A stretch of DNA of 64,000 nucleotides from an uncultured Candidatus Saccharibacteria bacterium (GTDB lineage: Bacteria > Patescibacteriota > CPR2 > UBA1875 > CAIMLA01). Under the pieces are notes generated by a model. It made no database searches, was not told the DNA's origin, and saw only the letters and a list, made by a program, of their open reading frames with translations. Below, piece by piece: positions 30,047 to 38,465 of this stretch (position 1 is its first letter; the number at the start of each line of letters is the position of its first letter). Made by a program: the position numbers and the translations under genes. The DNA lies in assembly GCA_964501135.1 (NCBI GenBank), contig CAZCRI010000001.1, positions 64,393 through 128,392 on the forward strand, in the 5' to 3' direction.

Positions 30047-30667
30047 TTGCGGCAGAAAAGGAAAGAGATGACAAAGGAACAGACATTTATTGCGATTAAG
30101 GCTGAGGGGATTCAGCGTCATTTAATCGGTGAGATTATCACTAGATTTGAAAGGCGTGGTCTCAAGCTCGCAGCAATGAAGATGATGGTAGCCACCGCTG
30201 ACATAGTAGGTCAGCATTATCCAGATAGTGATGATTGGTACATCCCAACAGGCACTAAAGCGATCGAAGGTGCAGCTAGTCGCGGGATAACCATGAAGGA
30301 AACTCCAAAGGAGGTAGCGACTGTAATCCGCAACAACCTCGTCGATCACTTTTTAAATCGCCCAATCATTTGTATGATCTGGGAAGGGGCACACGCAGTA
30401 CAGATCGGACGCAAGACTGTTGGCGCCACAAATCCACTAGATGCTGCTCCTGGCACTATCCGTGGTGACCTTACGGTAGATTCTTATGAGCTGGCCGACA
30501 AGGCAGGACGTGTAGTACGCACCATCGTACACGCATCGGGTAGCGTTGAGGAAGCCAAGACCGAGATTGCCCTTTGGTTTAAGCCTGAGGAAATCATCGA
30601 ATACGACATGATCACTGCAGAGGTAATGTACGGTAACGACTGGGGTCGCGTAAAAAACGTCAAATAG
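30047..30667 (+). CDS. ndk: Nucleoside-diphosphate kinase with a ~55-aa internal insertion
   Basis: N-terminus EQTFIAIKAEGIQRHLIGEIITRFERRG matches NDK. Catalytic His is retained in TIVHASGS. The protein is 206 aa, against ~140-150 aa for canonical NDK. Confidence 0.75.
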   Translation: MRQKRKEMTKEQTFIAIKAEGIQRHLIGEIITRFERRGLKLAAMKMMVATADIVGQHYPDSDDWYIPTGTKAIEGAASRGITMKETPKEVATVIRNNLVDHFLNRPIICMIWEGAHAVQIGRKTVGATNPLDAAPGTIRGDLTVDSYELADKAGRVVRTIVHASGSVEEAKTEIALWFKPEEIIEYDMITAEVMYGNDWGRVKNVK

Positions 30668-30674
30668 TATTATA

Positions 30675-30703
30675 AAAAAGCGGCCCCAGGGGCCGCTTTT
30701 AGA
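30675..30703. terminator. Bidirectional rho-independent terminator
   Basis: AAAAAGCGGCCCCAGGGGCCGCTTTT: a perfect GC-rich hairpin with an A-run and a T-run on opposite sides, between convergent genes. Confidence 0.8.
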
Positions 30704-31291
30704 TTATAAATTTGCTAGGATTCGTTTGTATTCTTCGAAGCTAGAGTAGAGGAATGCCCGCATACCATAGGCACTTGCCGCATCAACGATTTTAGGGTCG
30801 CTGTCAAAAAAGATGATTTCCTCGGGTAACATCTGTAGCTTGTTGGTAACGTAGTCAAAGTATTGAGTGCTGGGCTTTTTGGCGCCTATTTCATATGAAG
30901 CAAAAATTCCATCAAAGTAATTACTGAGTCCAGCGTCTTCCCAGAGATACTCGGCACGGTTTATTTCTTGGTTGGTAGCGATATAGCATTTGGTATCTTG
31001 GTCTCGTAGTTTGACTACCGAATCGATAAGTTCCTTGTTCAGGTTTGGGAGAATGTCAGAAAACCAGTATTCGATCAGTTCACTTGTATCCCCTGGGTAG
31101 CCCCAATCATCCTTTACTTTGTCGAGCTCTGTATAAAGGTCGGCTTTCCCGAGCTGGCAATCGCCATAAACAACCTTAAAAAAGGGTAATAGCCTCTCGA
31201 TTGGTGTTTGGTATTCCTTGGCAAATCTTTCCGAAAAGAAACCCGTACTAACAATAACGCCATCAACGTCATATAGAATCGCTCTAATCAT
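30704..31291 (-). CDS. HAD-superfamily hydrolase (subfamily IA-like)
   Basis: Motif I YDVDGVI near the N-terminus and C-terminal Asp motifs. Confidence 0.75.
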   Translation of the reverse strand: MIRAILYDVDGVIVSTGFFSERFAKEYQTPIERLLPFFKVVYGDCQLGKADLYTELDKVKDDWGYPGDTSELIEYWFSDILPNLNKELIDSVVKLRDQDTKCYIATNQEINRAEYLWEDAGLSNYFDGIFASYEIGAKKPSTQYFDYVTNKLQMLPEEIIFFDSDPKIVDAASAYGMRAFLYSSFEEYKRILANL

Positions 31292-31312
31292 AATTTCTCC
31301 CTGATAAAAATT

Positions 31313-31389
31313 TGGTGCGCCCGAGAGGAATTGAACCTCTGGCCTAGACGTTAGGAGTGTCTCGCTCTATCCAACTGAGCTACGGGCGC
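31313..31389 (-). tRNA. tRNA-Arg (anticodon CCT), 3' CCA encoded
   Basis: The reverse complement folds as a cloverleaf: GCGCCCG acceptor stem, GCTC/GAGC D-stem, anticodon loop CU-CCU-AA, AGAGG/CCTCT T-stem, TTCAATT T-loop, discriminator A, then CCA. Confidence 0.8.
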
Positions 31390-31461
31390 GCGTCGGAGGC
31401 TGCTCTAGAGGTTGGATGCTCATCAATAGATGGCGTCTGCACCCTTTCGCAGTTCCTCCTT

Positions 31462-31489
31462 TTCCGACAAAAATTTCTTTTTTGTCGGT
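31462..31489. terminator. Hairpin CCGACAAAAA-ttt-cTTTTTTGTCGG upstream of tRNA-Arg
   Basis: 10-bp stem with an internal T-run. Terminator-like on either strand. Confidence 0.4.
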
Positions 31490-31597
31490 TACGAAGGCAG
31501 GCTATATCTTAGCATTTTACGAGTAATTTCGGAAGAGTGACAATTTAAGACTATCATTCTCGATGAATATTTTAAGGATTTCATTTATACTTAATTT

Positions 31598-32080
31598 ATG
31601 TCCCGAGGAATAGTGCCTCTTGAAGGCGAAAAGATATTACTAGTAGCGCATAAGTCCCCAGTAGCTATTTGGAAGCAATTGCTTATTGCTGTTTGCTTAC
31701 TATTTGTAGCTTCCTTGAGCTTGTTTTTTGGAGCAAACGAATATTTATTTCTTTTTGCTCTTGGGTTATATATAGCCTTGGTGTTATATGCTTTTGCACT
31801 ATTTCGAATCTGGTTTTATGACATTTATGTGGTTACTAATATGAGAGTTGTGATCTCGGAACAGATGGGCTTGTTTCATCATGAAAATTCCGAGATAGAT
31901 GCCAGGGACATTGTGGAGGTTAGAAGCGTGCGTAAGGGTATAGCGTCTACAATACTGAGGCACGGCGCAGTTGTGGTTGTTACCAGACAGTCTAGGGAGA
32001 TGATGCTTTCCCCTGTTTTTGATCCAGATTACATAGCTCAAACTATTCGCACCCTAGGTTCTGCTACACAGCGGCGGTAA
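31598..32080 (+). CDS. Membrane protein with a bacterial PH (bPH_2/YdbS-like) domain
   Basis: Two TM helices followed by a ~90-aa PH-like domain, matching the DUF304 architecture. Confidence 0.45.
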   Translation: MSRGIVPLEGEKILLVAHKSPVAIWKQLLIAVCLLFVASLSLFFGANEYLFLFALGLYIALVLYAFALFRIWFYDIYVVTNMRVVISEQMGLFHHENSEIDARDIVEVRSVRKGIASTILRHGAVVVVTRQSREMMLSPVFDPDYIAQTIRTLGSATQRR

Positions 32081-32143
32081 CGAAAATGTGGTTGTACTCT
32101 TTTCGATAAATCTGTAAAATTATAAGCAAGTAAGCTTAAAGGA

Positions 32144-33178
32144 GTGGTTATGGCTTTTAAGTCAAAAAAGTCGACTGTTGACGTCGCTGGAAATCCTGTT
32201 TCGGCAGGAAACGCCCTGTCTGGTAAGGTAAAGAAACTTTTTCCGAAGCGTCATTCAGAGGGGTCAAGTACTAAGAAAAGTAAAGTAATGAATTTTGCCA
32301 ATCCGAAGGGGATTGCCATGATTGCGGGTAGTGCAGTAGCCCTATTTCTTATTGTTATGGGCGTTGGTATTTATGCCTTTGCTTGGGATGATAGCTTTAC
32401 GAAAGCGGTTTCGGTGGTTCCTTATCCTGCTGCTTATGTAAACGGCCGTTTTGTCATGTATCGCGACTATTTAGAGCAACTCGATGTGATTAAGAATTAC
32501 GATAAGGAATTTAAAAAAGTAGATTTCAAGACTGCGGATGGTAAAAAGGTTCTTGCTCAGGCGAAGAAAGATACCATGAATCGTCTTATAGAGGATGCAC
32601 TGGTTTCAAATGAAGCAGTTCGACTCAAAGTAAAACTGGCCACCAAGGACTTGAACGACAAGTTTGATGCGCTTGTAAAGAGCAACGGTGGGACGAAAAG
32701 TTTTGCAGATGTCTTGAAGCAGTATTACAAGCTCACACCAAACGAATTTAAGGAAGAGATTTATCGACCACGATTGCTCAGACAAATGTTAGCCGATAAA
32801 TATGCTTCGGATGACAGTGTTAATGCAGATGCAAAGAAAAAAGCCGAGGACGTACTTTCCAAGGTAAAAGCTGGTGCCGACTTTGCCGAAACTGCAAAGA
32901 AATACTCTCAGGACACTAGCGCCTCAAACGGCGGCGATCTTGGTTACTTTGGTAAGGGTAAGATGGTTCCTGAATTCGAGAAGGCAGCCTTTGCTCTAAA
33001 ATCAGGGGAAGTTAGTGGCGTTGTAAAGACTGTATATGGATATCACATCATTAAGATAACAGATGTTAAGGGCGACGAAATCAAGGCCTCACACATCCTA
33101 ATCAAGACGAAAGACTTCAATACTTGGCTTGCAGATTCAGTAAAGAGTGCCAAGAAAACAATCTACATCAAACAATAA
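32144..33178 (+). CDS. prsA: PrsA/SurA-like foldase with an intact parvulin-type PPIase domain
   Basis: N-terminal TM. The C-terminal sequence [43 protein letters not shown] is a classic PpiC rotamase signature. Confidence 0.85.
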   Translation: MVMAFKSKKSTVDVAGNPVSAGNALSGKVKKLFPKRHSEGSSTKKSKVMNFANPKGIAMIAGSAVALFLIVMGVGIYAFAWDDSFTKAVSVVPYPAAYVNGRFVMYRDYLEQLDVIKNYDKEFKKVDFKTADGKKVLAQAKKDTMNRLIEDALVSNEAVRLKVKLATKDLNDKFDALVKSNGGTKSFADVLKQYYKLTPNEFKEEIYRPRLLRQMLADKYASDDSVNADAKKKAEDVLSKVKAGADFAETAKKYSQDTSASNGGDLGYFGKGKMVPEFEKAAFALKSGEVSGVVKTVYGYHIIKITDVKGDEIKASHILIKTKDFNTWLADSVKSAKKTIYIKQ

Positions 33179-33186
33179 TTACCTAT

Positions 33187-33210
33187 AAAACCCCGCTCCG
33201 GCGGGGTTTT
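33187..33210 (+). terminator. Rho-independent terminator
   Basis: AAAACCCCGCTCCGGCGGGGTTTT hairpin followed by a T-run. Confidence 0.8.
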
Positions 33211-33219
33211 ATAAAAAAA

Positions 33220-33248
33220 GAAAACCCGCAAAGTGCACGGGTTTTCCG
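33220..33248 (-). terminator. Rho-independent terminator for the convergent minus-strand gene
   Basis: GAAAACCCGcaaagtgcaCGGGTTTTCC hairpin. Confidence 0.6.
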
Positions 33249-33270
33249 GTGCCATTTGCGGGGCAATGCC

Positions 33271-33648
33271 TTAGCGGCGAGTGTTCTGGAGCGGGAGCTT
33301 GTATCCCTTGTACTCCTCGATGGAGATGTATCCGGGGTGTTCGGCGCCAGGTCCAGTTGTTGCCACCAGACTCCCTGCCGGCAGCTGTAGGTCTCTCTGG
33401 GGCATAACAAGCTCTGCAGCCCCCTTGTTGGGGTAGAGGTTGTGTCCCAGTGAAACTGCCATCTGGAAGCGATTCCCTGTTGCGGTGACAAGAGTCATTA
33501 CTCTCTCGCCACCCTCAAAGGTGGTTCGTACGATTCTCGAAACTCCCCAGTAGCGGATGTTTCCCTTCTGGTTGAGTACGATGGCGTAACTCTTCCTCGG
33601 TGCGTTGGCAGGGACCTTCATTTTCTTGCCGTTGCGCCGTTTCGTCAT
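33271..33648 (-). CDS. Hypothetical protein (high-GC orphan)
   Basis: 125-aa ORF with a basic N-terminus and no recognisable motifs. G+C is visibly elevated against the flanks. Confidence 0.4.
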   Translation of the reverse strand: MTKRRNGKKMKVPANAPRKSYAIVLNQKGNIRYWGVSRIVRTTFEGGERVMTLVTATGNRFQMAVSLGHNLYPNKGAAELVMPQRDLQLPAGSLVATTGPGAEHPGYISIEEYKGYKLPLQNTRR

Positions 33649-33753
33649 GATGTCCCTCCTTCGGGACGAGGTTGGAATGAGCTGAGATATTGTATAACAA
33701 AAATAGACTTTTGTAAAGTCTATTTAAGTAAGTTCTTATTGATTTAGGGTTAC

Positions 33754-35079
33754 TTAGTTTAGTTCAGTTGAGACAACGGATACAATATTCGAAACAGCAG
33801 CTTCTGCTGCTTCTTTGGTAGCGGCCTCGGCCATCACGCGGACCAATGGTTCGGTTCCGGAAGGGCGAACGAGGATACGTCCCTCATTGGCGAGCCTAGC
33901 CTCTTCCTGGTGGATAACATCCTGTACAGCTGTGTTTGTAGACAGCTCTGATTTTTTTGCGGCCGGTACATTAATTAAAACTTGCGGATATTTACGCATT
34001 ATTTTCGTAAGCTCACTCATTTTTTTGCCACTTTCTTTTAGTGCTGCAGCGAGTTGCAGAGCTGTGACGAGTCCATCTCCTGTGGTGTTGTGTTCAAAAA
34101 AGACAATGTGCCCAGATTGTTCGCCTCCAAAGGTAGCGCCTGTTTTTTTCATTTCCGTAAGCACATAGCGATCACCAACGTCGGTTTTAACTAGTTGGAT
34201 TCCTTGCTTGGCCATTGCCTTGTCCAGCCCCATGTTAGCCATAACTGTAGTAACGACGGTATCGTTTGCGAGTTTACCTTGATCTTTCAGGTGACGGGCA
34301 CAAATCGCCATGATGTAGTCGCCGTCGATATTTTCCCCATTCTCATCAACTGCGAGTACGCGGTCTGCATCACCGTCGTGAGCAAAGCCAAAGTCGGCAT
34401 TGGTCTTGCGCACTAGCTCAGAGATGGGCCCTAAATTTGTCGAGCCGCAATTCACGTTTATGTCGTCTCCAGTGAAGCTTTCGTTGATAGCGTGTACATC
34501 TGCCCCAAGCACACGAAAAGCCTCGGGAGTGGCTCTATATGCCGCACCATGGCCACAATCTATCGCTACCGTGAGGCCAGAAAGATCTCCATGGATGGTA
34601 CTGACCGCATGGCTGGTGTAATGTTTAGTGGCTTTGGCCATCTGGGTCGCTTTGGCTGTGTTTGTAGGAATATCCTTTGGATTTAGGTTTAAGACAAAAT
34701 CTTCGATTTTTGCCTCTTCAACATCAGAAAGTTTTCCTCCAGCGGAGTTGAAAAATTTGATCCCGTTATACTGTGGTGGGTTATGGGAGGCGGAGATTAC
34801 GATACCGCCGGAAGCCCCGGTTTCTTTTAGTAGAAAAGCGATAGCTGGTGTTGGGATAACTCCGCAACTTACAACCTCTATTCCTTGGGCGCAAAGGCCT
34901 GCAGTGACAGCCTGTTCTAGGTCTTCGCCACTTCCTCTGGTATCGCGTCCAATAATTATAGTTCCTTTACTATTGGCCAGGAATTTGCCAGCTGCAAATC
35001 CAAGTTTAGTGGCTAGCTCTAGGGTGAGCTCGGAATAGGCAATACCACGGACCCCATCTGTACCAAAAAGATTACCCAC
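33754..35079 (-). CDS. glmM: Phosphoglucosamine mutase GlmM
   Basis: The active-site Ser motif GIVISASHNP and the N-terminus MGNLFGTDGVRG are typical of GlmM. Confidence 0.9.
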   Translation of the reverse strand: MGNLFGTDGVRGIAYSELTLELATKLGFAAGKFLANSKGTIIIGRDTRGSGEDLEQAVTAGLCAQGIEVVSCGVIPTPAIAFLLKETGASGGIVISASHNPPQYNGIKFFNSAGGKLSDVEEAKIEDFVLNLNPKDIPTNTAKATQMAKATKHYTSHAVSTIHGDLSGLTVAIDCGHGAAYRATPEAFRVLGADVHAINESFTGDDINVNCGSTNLGPISELVRKTNADFGFAHDGDADRVLAVDENGENIDGDYIMAICARHLKDQGKLANDTVVTTVMANMGLDKAMAKQGIQLVKTDVGDRYVLTEMKKTGATFGGEQSGHIVFFEHNTTGDGLVTALQLAAALKESGKKMSELTKIMRKYPQVLINVPAAKKSELSTNTAVQDVIHQEEARLANEGRILVRPSGTEPLVRVMAEAATKEAAEAAVSNIVSVVSTELN

Positions 35080-35584
35080 GTCTTTCTCCCAGTAGTTCGC
35101 GGGCCTTCTCGATGAAGAGGAGGTCTCTTTCGTGGATAAAAATACTTCTTGGACCTGTAGGATGCTCTTTTTCGATTGTATTTACGGCATCAGAAAGCGG
35201 CATCCACTCAAGGGAGAAATCCTCGGCGATTTCCTTTTCGGTAAATTCTGGTTCGCATACTTTGTTTGTTAACTCTGCAAGATAGCAGTAACTAAGCTGA
35301 AGGAATTCAAATTCATCGCGATATTCAATGATTAAGCCAATTTCGTCAGTAACCTTGATTTCGCAGCCTGTTTCTTCCAGCACTTCTCGTTCGAGGGCCT
35401 CCATAATTGACTCGCCAGGATCGATGCCCCCGCCGGGGAGTTTGTGCATGCTGTATTTACCAACAAGAAGAAGAGCGATCTCGCCTTTGTCGTTTAAGAC
35501 TACCGCCCTTGCTGCTCTTCGTATTTTGTAAGATTGTCTTTTCTCTTCGTGATTTCCGGGATAAATTTCTTTGATTAGTTCCAT
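35072..35584 (-). CDS. NUDIX hydrolase
   Basis: NUDIX box GGGIDPGESIMEALEREVLEETG. The ATG at 35584 is preceded by TATAAT only ~8 nt upstream, suggesting a leaderless transcript. Confidence 0.8.
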   Translation of the reverse strand: MELIKEIYPGNHEEKRQSYKIRRAARAVVLNDKGEIALLLVGKYSMHKLPGGGIDPGESIMEALEREVLEETGCEIKVTDEIGLIIEYRDEFEFLQLSYCYLAELTNKVCEPEFTEKEIAEDFSLEWMPLSDAVNTIEKEHPTGPRSIFIHERDLLFIEKARELLGERRG

Positions 35585-35632
35585 GTGATGATTATAACAT
35601 ATGAAATATTGAATTATTTCAGATAAAGAAAG

Positions 35633-35650
35633 CGCCCCGATTCCGGGGCA
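35633..35650 (-). terminator. GC hairpin GCCCCGgaatcGGGGC downstream of the GreA-like gene
   Basis: 6-bp GC stem. Confidence 0.4.
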
Positions 35651-35686
35651 CATTCTTCGTGCTTCGAAATTGGGGCGTGGTGGCTG

Positions 35687-36196
35687 CTATTGCAGCCAGT
35701 CTACCGTGTAGGTCGTGTTGACGATACGGACAGTGTCGCCAGCTCGCTTGCCCATGAGAGCTTCTGCGAGCGGAGTCTCCTGCGCGAGAACCGTGATGGT
35801 AACCGGATCTGTCCCCGGGATCGGGACGTAGTCGATCGTCTTCCCGGTCTTGCCAGGAACAATGAAGGCCAGCACGTCTTTCTCTCGGCCAGTACTTGCA
35901 CTGAGCATAGCCAACGTATAGAACTGGACGGTATCGTGCTTGTTCTTGTGCCACCCTTCAGGCATGAGCGACATCTCGCCGAGCCCAGCCTGGAACTTGG
36001 CAACGGTGTCGCGTGCCGCCTGAGCCATAGCTTGCTGCTGGCTCCGGTTTGTGTCGCTTGCGGACTCCATCTTGCTGGGGTAGCCGGCGGCCTCCTTTTC
36101 GAAATAGCGGACCTGATCCTCTGCTTCTGCGACGAGCTCCTTGATCGCAACGAGTGCGAGATCAAAGATTGCTGCCTTGTCGAATTCCGGAGTCAT
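35687..36196 (-). CDS. GreA/GreB-family transcription elongation factor-like protein
   Basis: The C-terminal sequence PGTDPVTITVLAQETPLAEALMGKRAGDTVRI resembles the Gre FKBP-like C-domain. AGGAGG RBS before the ATG at 36196. The ORF is high-GC. Confidence 0.55.
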   Translation of the reverse strand: MTPEFDKAAIFDLALVAIKELVAEAEDQVRYFEKEAAGYPSKMESASDTNRSQQQAMAQAARDTVAKFQAGLGEMSLMPEGWHKNKHDTVQFYTLAMLSASTGREKDVLAFIVPGKTGKTIDYVPIPGTDPVTITVLAQETPLAEALMGKRAGDTVRIVNTTYTVDWLQ

Positions 36197-36370
36197 CTCC
36201 GAAACCTCCTGTCGGCTAGGTGATGGAAACAATGAACGATAAGCATTTTCACATAGATTTGAGTTTTTGTCAATGTTTATTTTTCTTCAGTTTTATTCCT
36301 TATACACTTTCTTTATATTCCCGTAGAATGCTTTCATGCTGAAGTAATAAGACTGAAGCTGCTCCTTGAA

Positions 36371-36378
36371 GGGGGGGG
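36371..36378. repeat. G8 homopolymer tract at the 5' end of the radical SAM gene
   Basis: GGGGGGGG immediately upstream of the candidate GTG start at 36387, inside the alternative TTG-initiated frame. Confidence 0.5.
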
Positions 36379-36386
36379 AAGTTAAG

Positions 36387-37349
36387 GTGAACACTGCCAA
36401 TGATTCACTCCGAGTTCGTGTTACACCGTATTGCAACCTGAATTGTGGTTTTTGCCACGAGGAAGGCGGCGATGCATCCTGCCAGGTCAGTCTCGACCAG
36501 ATTGTCGCGGCAACCGAGTTCGCTTGCAAGCACGGCTTCTGCAAGTTCCACCTGACAGGTGGAGAACCCACACTGCATCCTGGCATCATCGATATCGTTC
36601 GTATCATTACCGGTGCCGGGTACCCTTGTGGTATCACCACGAACGGGCAGTTCCAGCCGAAGCTCCTCTCGGAGCTGAGGGAGGCTGGAGTTACTAGCCT
36701 CAACTTCTCTGTTCATACAGTCGACGCTTCTGCCTGGGCTCAGGTCCAGCAGAGTACTGACATCAAGAAGGCGGAAATCCAGATAGCTCGTGCAATCACG
36801 AATATCCGGGAGTCTGTCGCACTTGGAATCAGGACGAAGGTCAATATCGTGGTCGGCGACGACCCCGAAATGGCCATCGGCGTCATTGAAGAACTGCGAG
36901 AGTCTGGCGTAGAATACAGACTTCTCAACGTTCTCGGCTCGAATAACTCGCTCATCAGCATCACCGACGTTCTCGGCCATTACGATGCCGAGATGGTCGA
37001 AGAGACGCGAGTTATGGGTTCGAGCCAGTACAGGGCAACCTATACCAGCACGGTCGGTAACCTTGTGGTGAAAGAAATCCACCAGCACAGGGAACTGACT
37101 GTCTGCAAGGGTTGTAAGGAGAACTGCCAGGAGGGCTTCTACGGTATCCGGATTATCCCGATGGATGACTTGCTTCACGCACGTCTTTGCGTTCATCGTA
37201 CTTCCGAGACTACCCTGATGCCCTTGGAGCAGTTCGAGACCAGCCCGCAGCTCGATGCCATCAAGGCAAGTGGCGGTCTCAACAACGAGCACAAGGAGGT
37301 GTACCATGGTAGCACCTACTTCTCCAGAGCATCCATTTGTGGTGCTTGA
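36387..37349 (+). CDS. Radical SAM enzyme of the MoaA/viperin superfamily, with a C-terminal Cys cluster
   Basis: CNLNCGFC (CxxxCxxC) motif. FHLTGGEPTLHP and ITTNGQ...SLNFSVHTVD are MoaA-like. The C-terminal sequence CKGCKENC...ARLC suggests an auxiliary Fe-S cluster. The start could be the TTG at 36366 or the GTG at 36387. Confidence 0.8.
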   Translation: MNTANDSLRVRVTPYCNLNCGFCHEEGGDASCQVSLDQIVAATEFACKHGFCKFHLTGGEPTLHPGIIDIVRIITGAGYPCGITTNGQFQPKLLSELREAGVTSLNFSVHTVDASAWAQVQQSTDIKKAEIQIARAITNIRESVALGIRTKVNIVVGDDPEMAIGVIEELRESGVEYRLLNVLGSNNSLISITDVLGHYDAEMVEETRVMGSSQYRATYTSTVGNLVVKEIHQHRELTVCKGCKENCQEGFYGIRIIPMDDLLHARLCVHRTSETTLMPLEQFETSPQLDAIKASGGLNNEHKEVYHGSTYFSRASICGA

Positions 37350-37866
37350 GTCGAGGGACTACTGCGGCAAGACAACGGTCAGCACAGAGCTGACTGCACT
37401 CCTCAGGGCTACCTTGGTCAAGACTCCAATGGAGCCCGTCGCACAGTTCAGGGAAACTTACGACTGTTGCGAGAACTACGACGCTCGGTTCCTGTACTAC
37501 TTGAGCACTCTCTGCTTGGCTTCCAAGGCCATCGCGGAGGCCCTCAAGGTTGGACCGGTCGTCTGCGACCGGTACATCCACTCGGCCGTGGTCTACCACC
37601 ACGTTCTCGGAGTGGACACCTCGATGGTCGATATCGAGAAACTGGGGTTGGTTGTCCCTACCCTCACGGTTTGCCTCACCGCTAACAACGAAGTTCTTGC
37701 AAAAAGGAAGCGGGAGCGGGGCGAGGTCAGGCGAGACAACATCGAGGGTACGGTTGGCTTGCTTGACCGCGTCGACCAGATGATGCTGTCTGAGATACCA
37801 ACCCATATCGACACCAGCTATACAACGCCCCTCGAGGCAGCTCGGCTCATCGCCGCCATGCTCTAG
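37306..37866 (+). CDS. Thymidylate-kinase-family (d)NMP kinase
   Basis: GGAGGTG RBS followed by an ATG. P-loop FVVLESRDYCGKTTV. The sequence VCDRYIHSAVVYHH is a DRY-type motif of the Tmk family. Confidence 0.6.
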   Translation: MVAPTSPEHPFVVLESRDYCGKTTVSTELTALLRATLVKTPMEPVAQFRETYDCCENYDARFLYYLSTLCLASKAIAEALKVGPVVCDRYIHSAVVYHHVLGVDTSMVDIEKLGLVVPTLTVCLTANNEVLAKRKRERGEVRRDNIEGTVGLLDRVDQMMLSEIPTHIDTSYTTPLEAARLIAAML

Positions 37867-37873
37867 GGCACAC

Positions 37874-37909
37874 AGGGCTTCGCCCGGAGAAGGACTCCGG
37901 TCGGAGCCC
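37874..37909 (+). terminator. GC-rich hairpin at the 3' edge of the high-GC island
   Basis: CCGGAGaaggaCTCCGG sits within the sequence GGGCTTCGCCCGGAG...CGGAGCCC. Confidence 0.4.
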
Positions 37910-37952
37910 TTCTTCATTTTACAAAGAAGTTTGTTTGTGGTAACTTTTCATT

Positions 37953-38465
37953 ATGAATATTGAAGTAGAAAAGAAGTTCGAAATATCAGATTACAACACC
38001 GTGAAAGGGGAGATAGAGGCTCTCGGTGCCAATAAGGTGTCTACTACTAACGATGTCGATGTTTATTTTGTTGTTCCTCAGATAGTGCCGAACACCAGAT
38101 ATCTCAGAGTTAGAACAAAAAATAGTAAAGCGACCATGGCATACCATGAGGTAATAAATGACGTCGAGACCAAAGAGTGGGAGTCTGATGTCACGGATGG
38201 GGATATTGTCAAAACTATTATTGGCAAACTTGGGTTCGAAGAAGATGTTACTGTGAACAAAACTAGAGAGAAATATATTCTTGGTGGTTCAGAGATTCTT
38301 GTTGATCATATAGAGGGACTTGGATATTTTCTAGAGATTGAATCTCCAGACGAAGAACAACTAGACAGTATCGCAAATAAAATCACTTTGGGTTCTCAGG
38401 TATCTGGACAGGGGTACCCCGATATGGTCAGAACCAAGAAGAATCATGAGACAAGCACTAAATAG
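37953..38465 (+). CDS. CYTH-domain protein (triphosphate tunnel metalloenzyme; class IV adenylate cyclase/triphosphatase family)
   Basis: The N-terminal sequence EVEKKFEI matches the ExExK signature. Confidence 0.6.
   Translation: MNIEVEKKFEISDYNTVKGEIEALGANKVSTTNDVDVYFVVPQIVPNTRYLRVRTKNSKATMAYHEVINDVETKEWESDVTDGDIVKTIIGKLGFEEDVTVNKTREKYILGGSEILVDHIEGLGYFLEIESPDEEQLDSIANKITLGSQVSGQGYPDMVRTKKNHETSTK

Noticed and set aside
36387-37349. Calling the radical SAM enzyme simply moaA (molybdenum cofactor biosynthesis).
   Set aside because: No moaB/C/D/E, moeA or molybdoenzymes are in the window. The gene is in a foreign-composition island and is translationally coupled to a Tmk-like kinase. The family-level call is kept, but the function is left open.
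35690-37917. Long antisense ORFs inside the high-GC islands, for example 35690-36223 (+), 36405-37307 (-), 37279-37917 (-) and 56598-57158 (-).
   Set aside because: They sit antisense to genes with clear catalytic motifs and RBSs. Long stop-free antisense frames are expected in high-GC DNA. They have no RBS and no start context.
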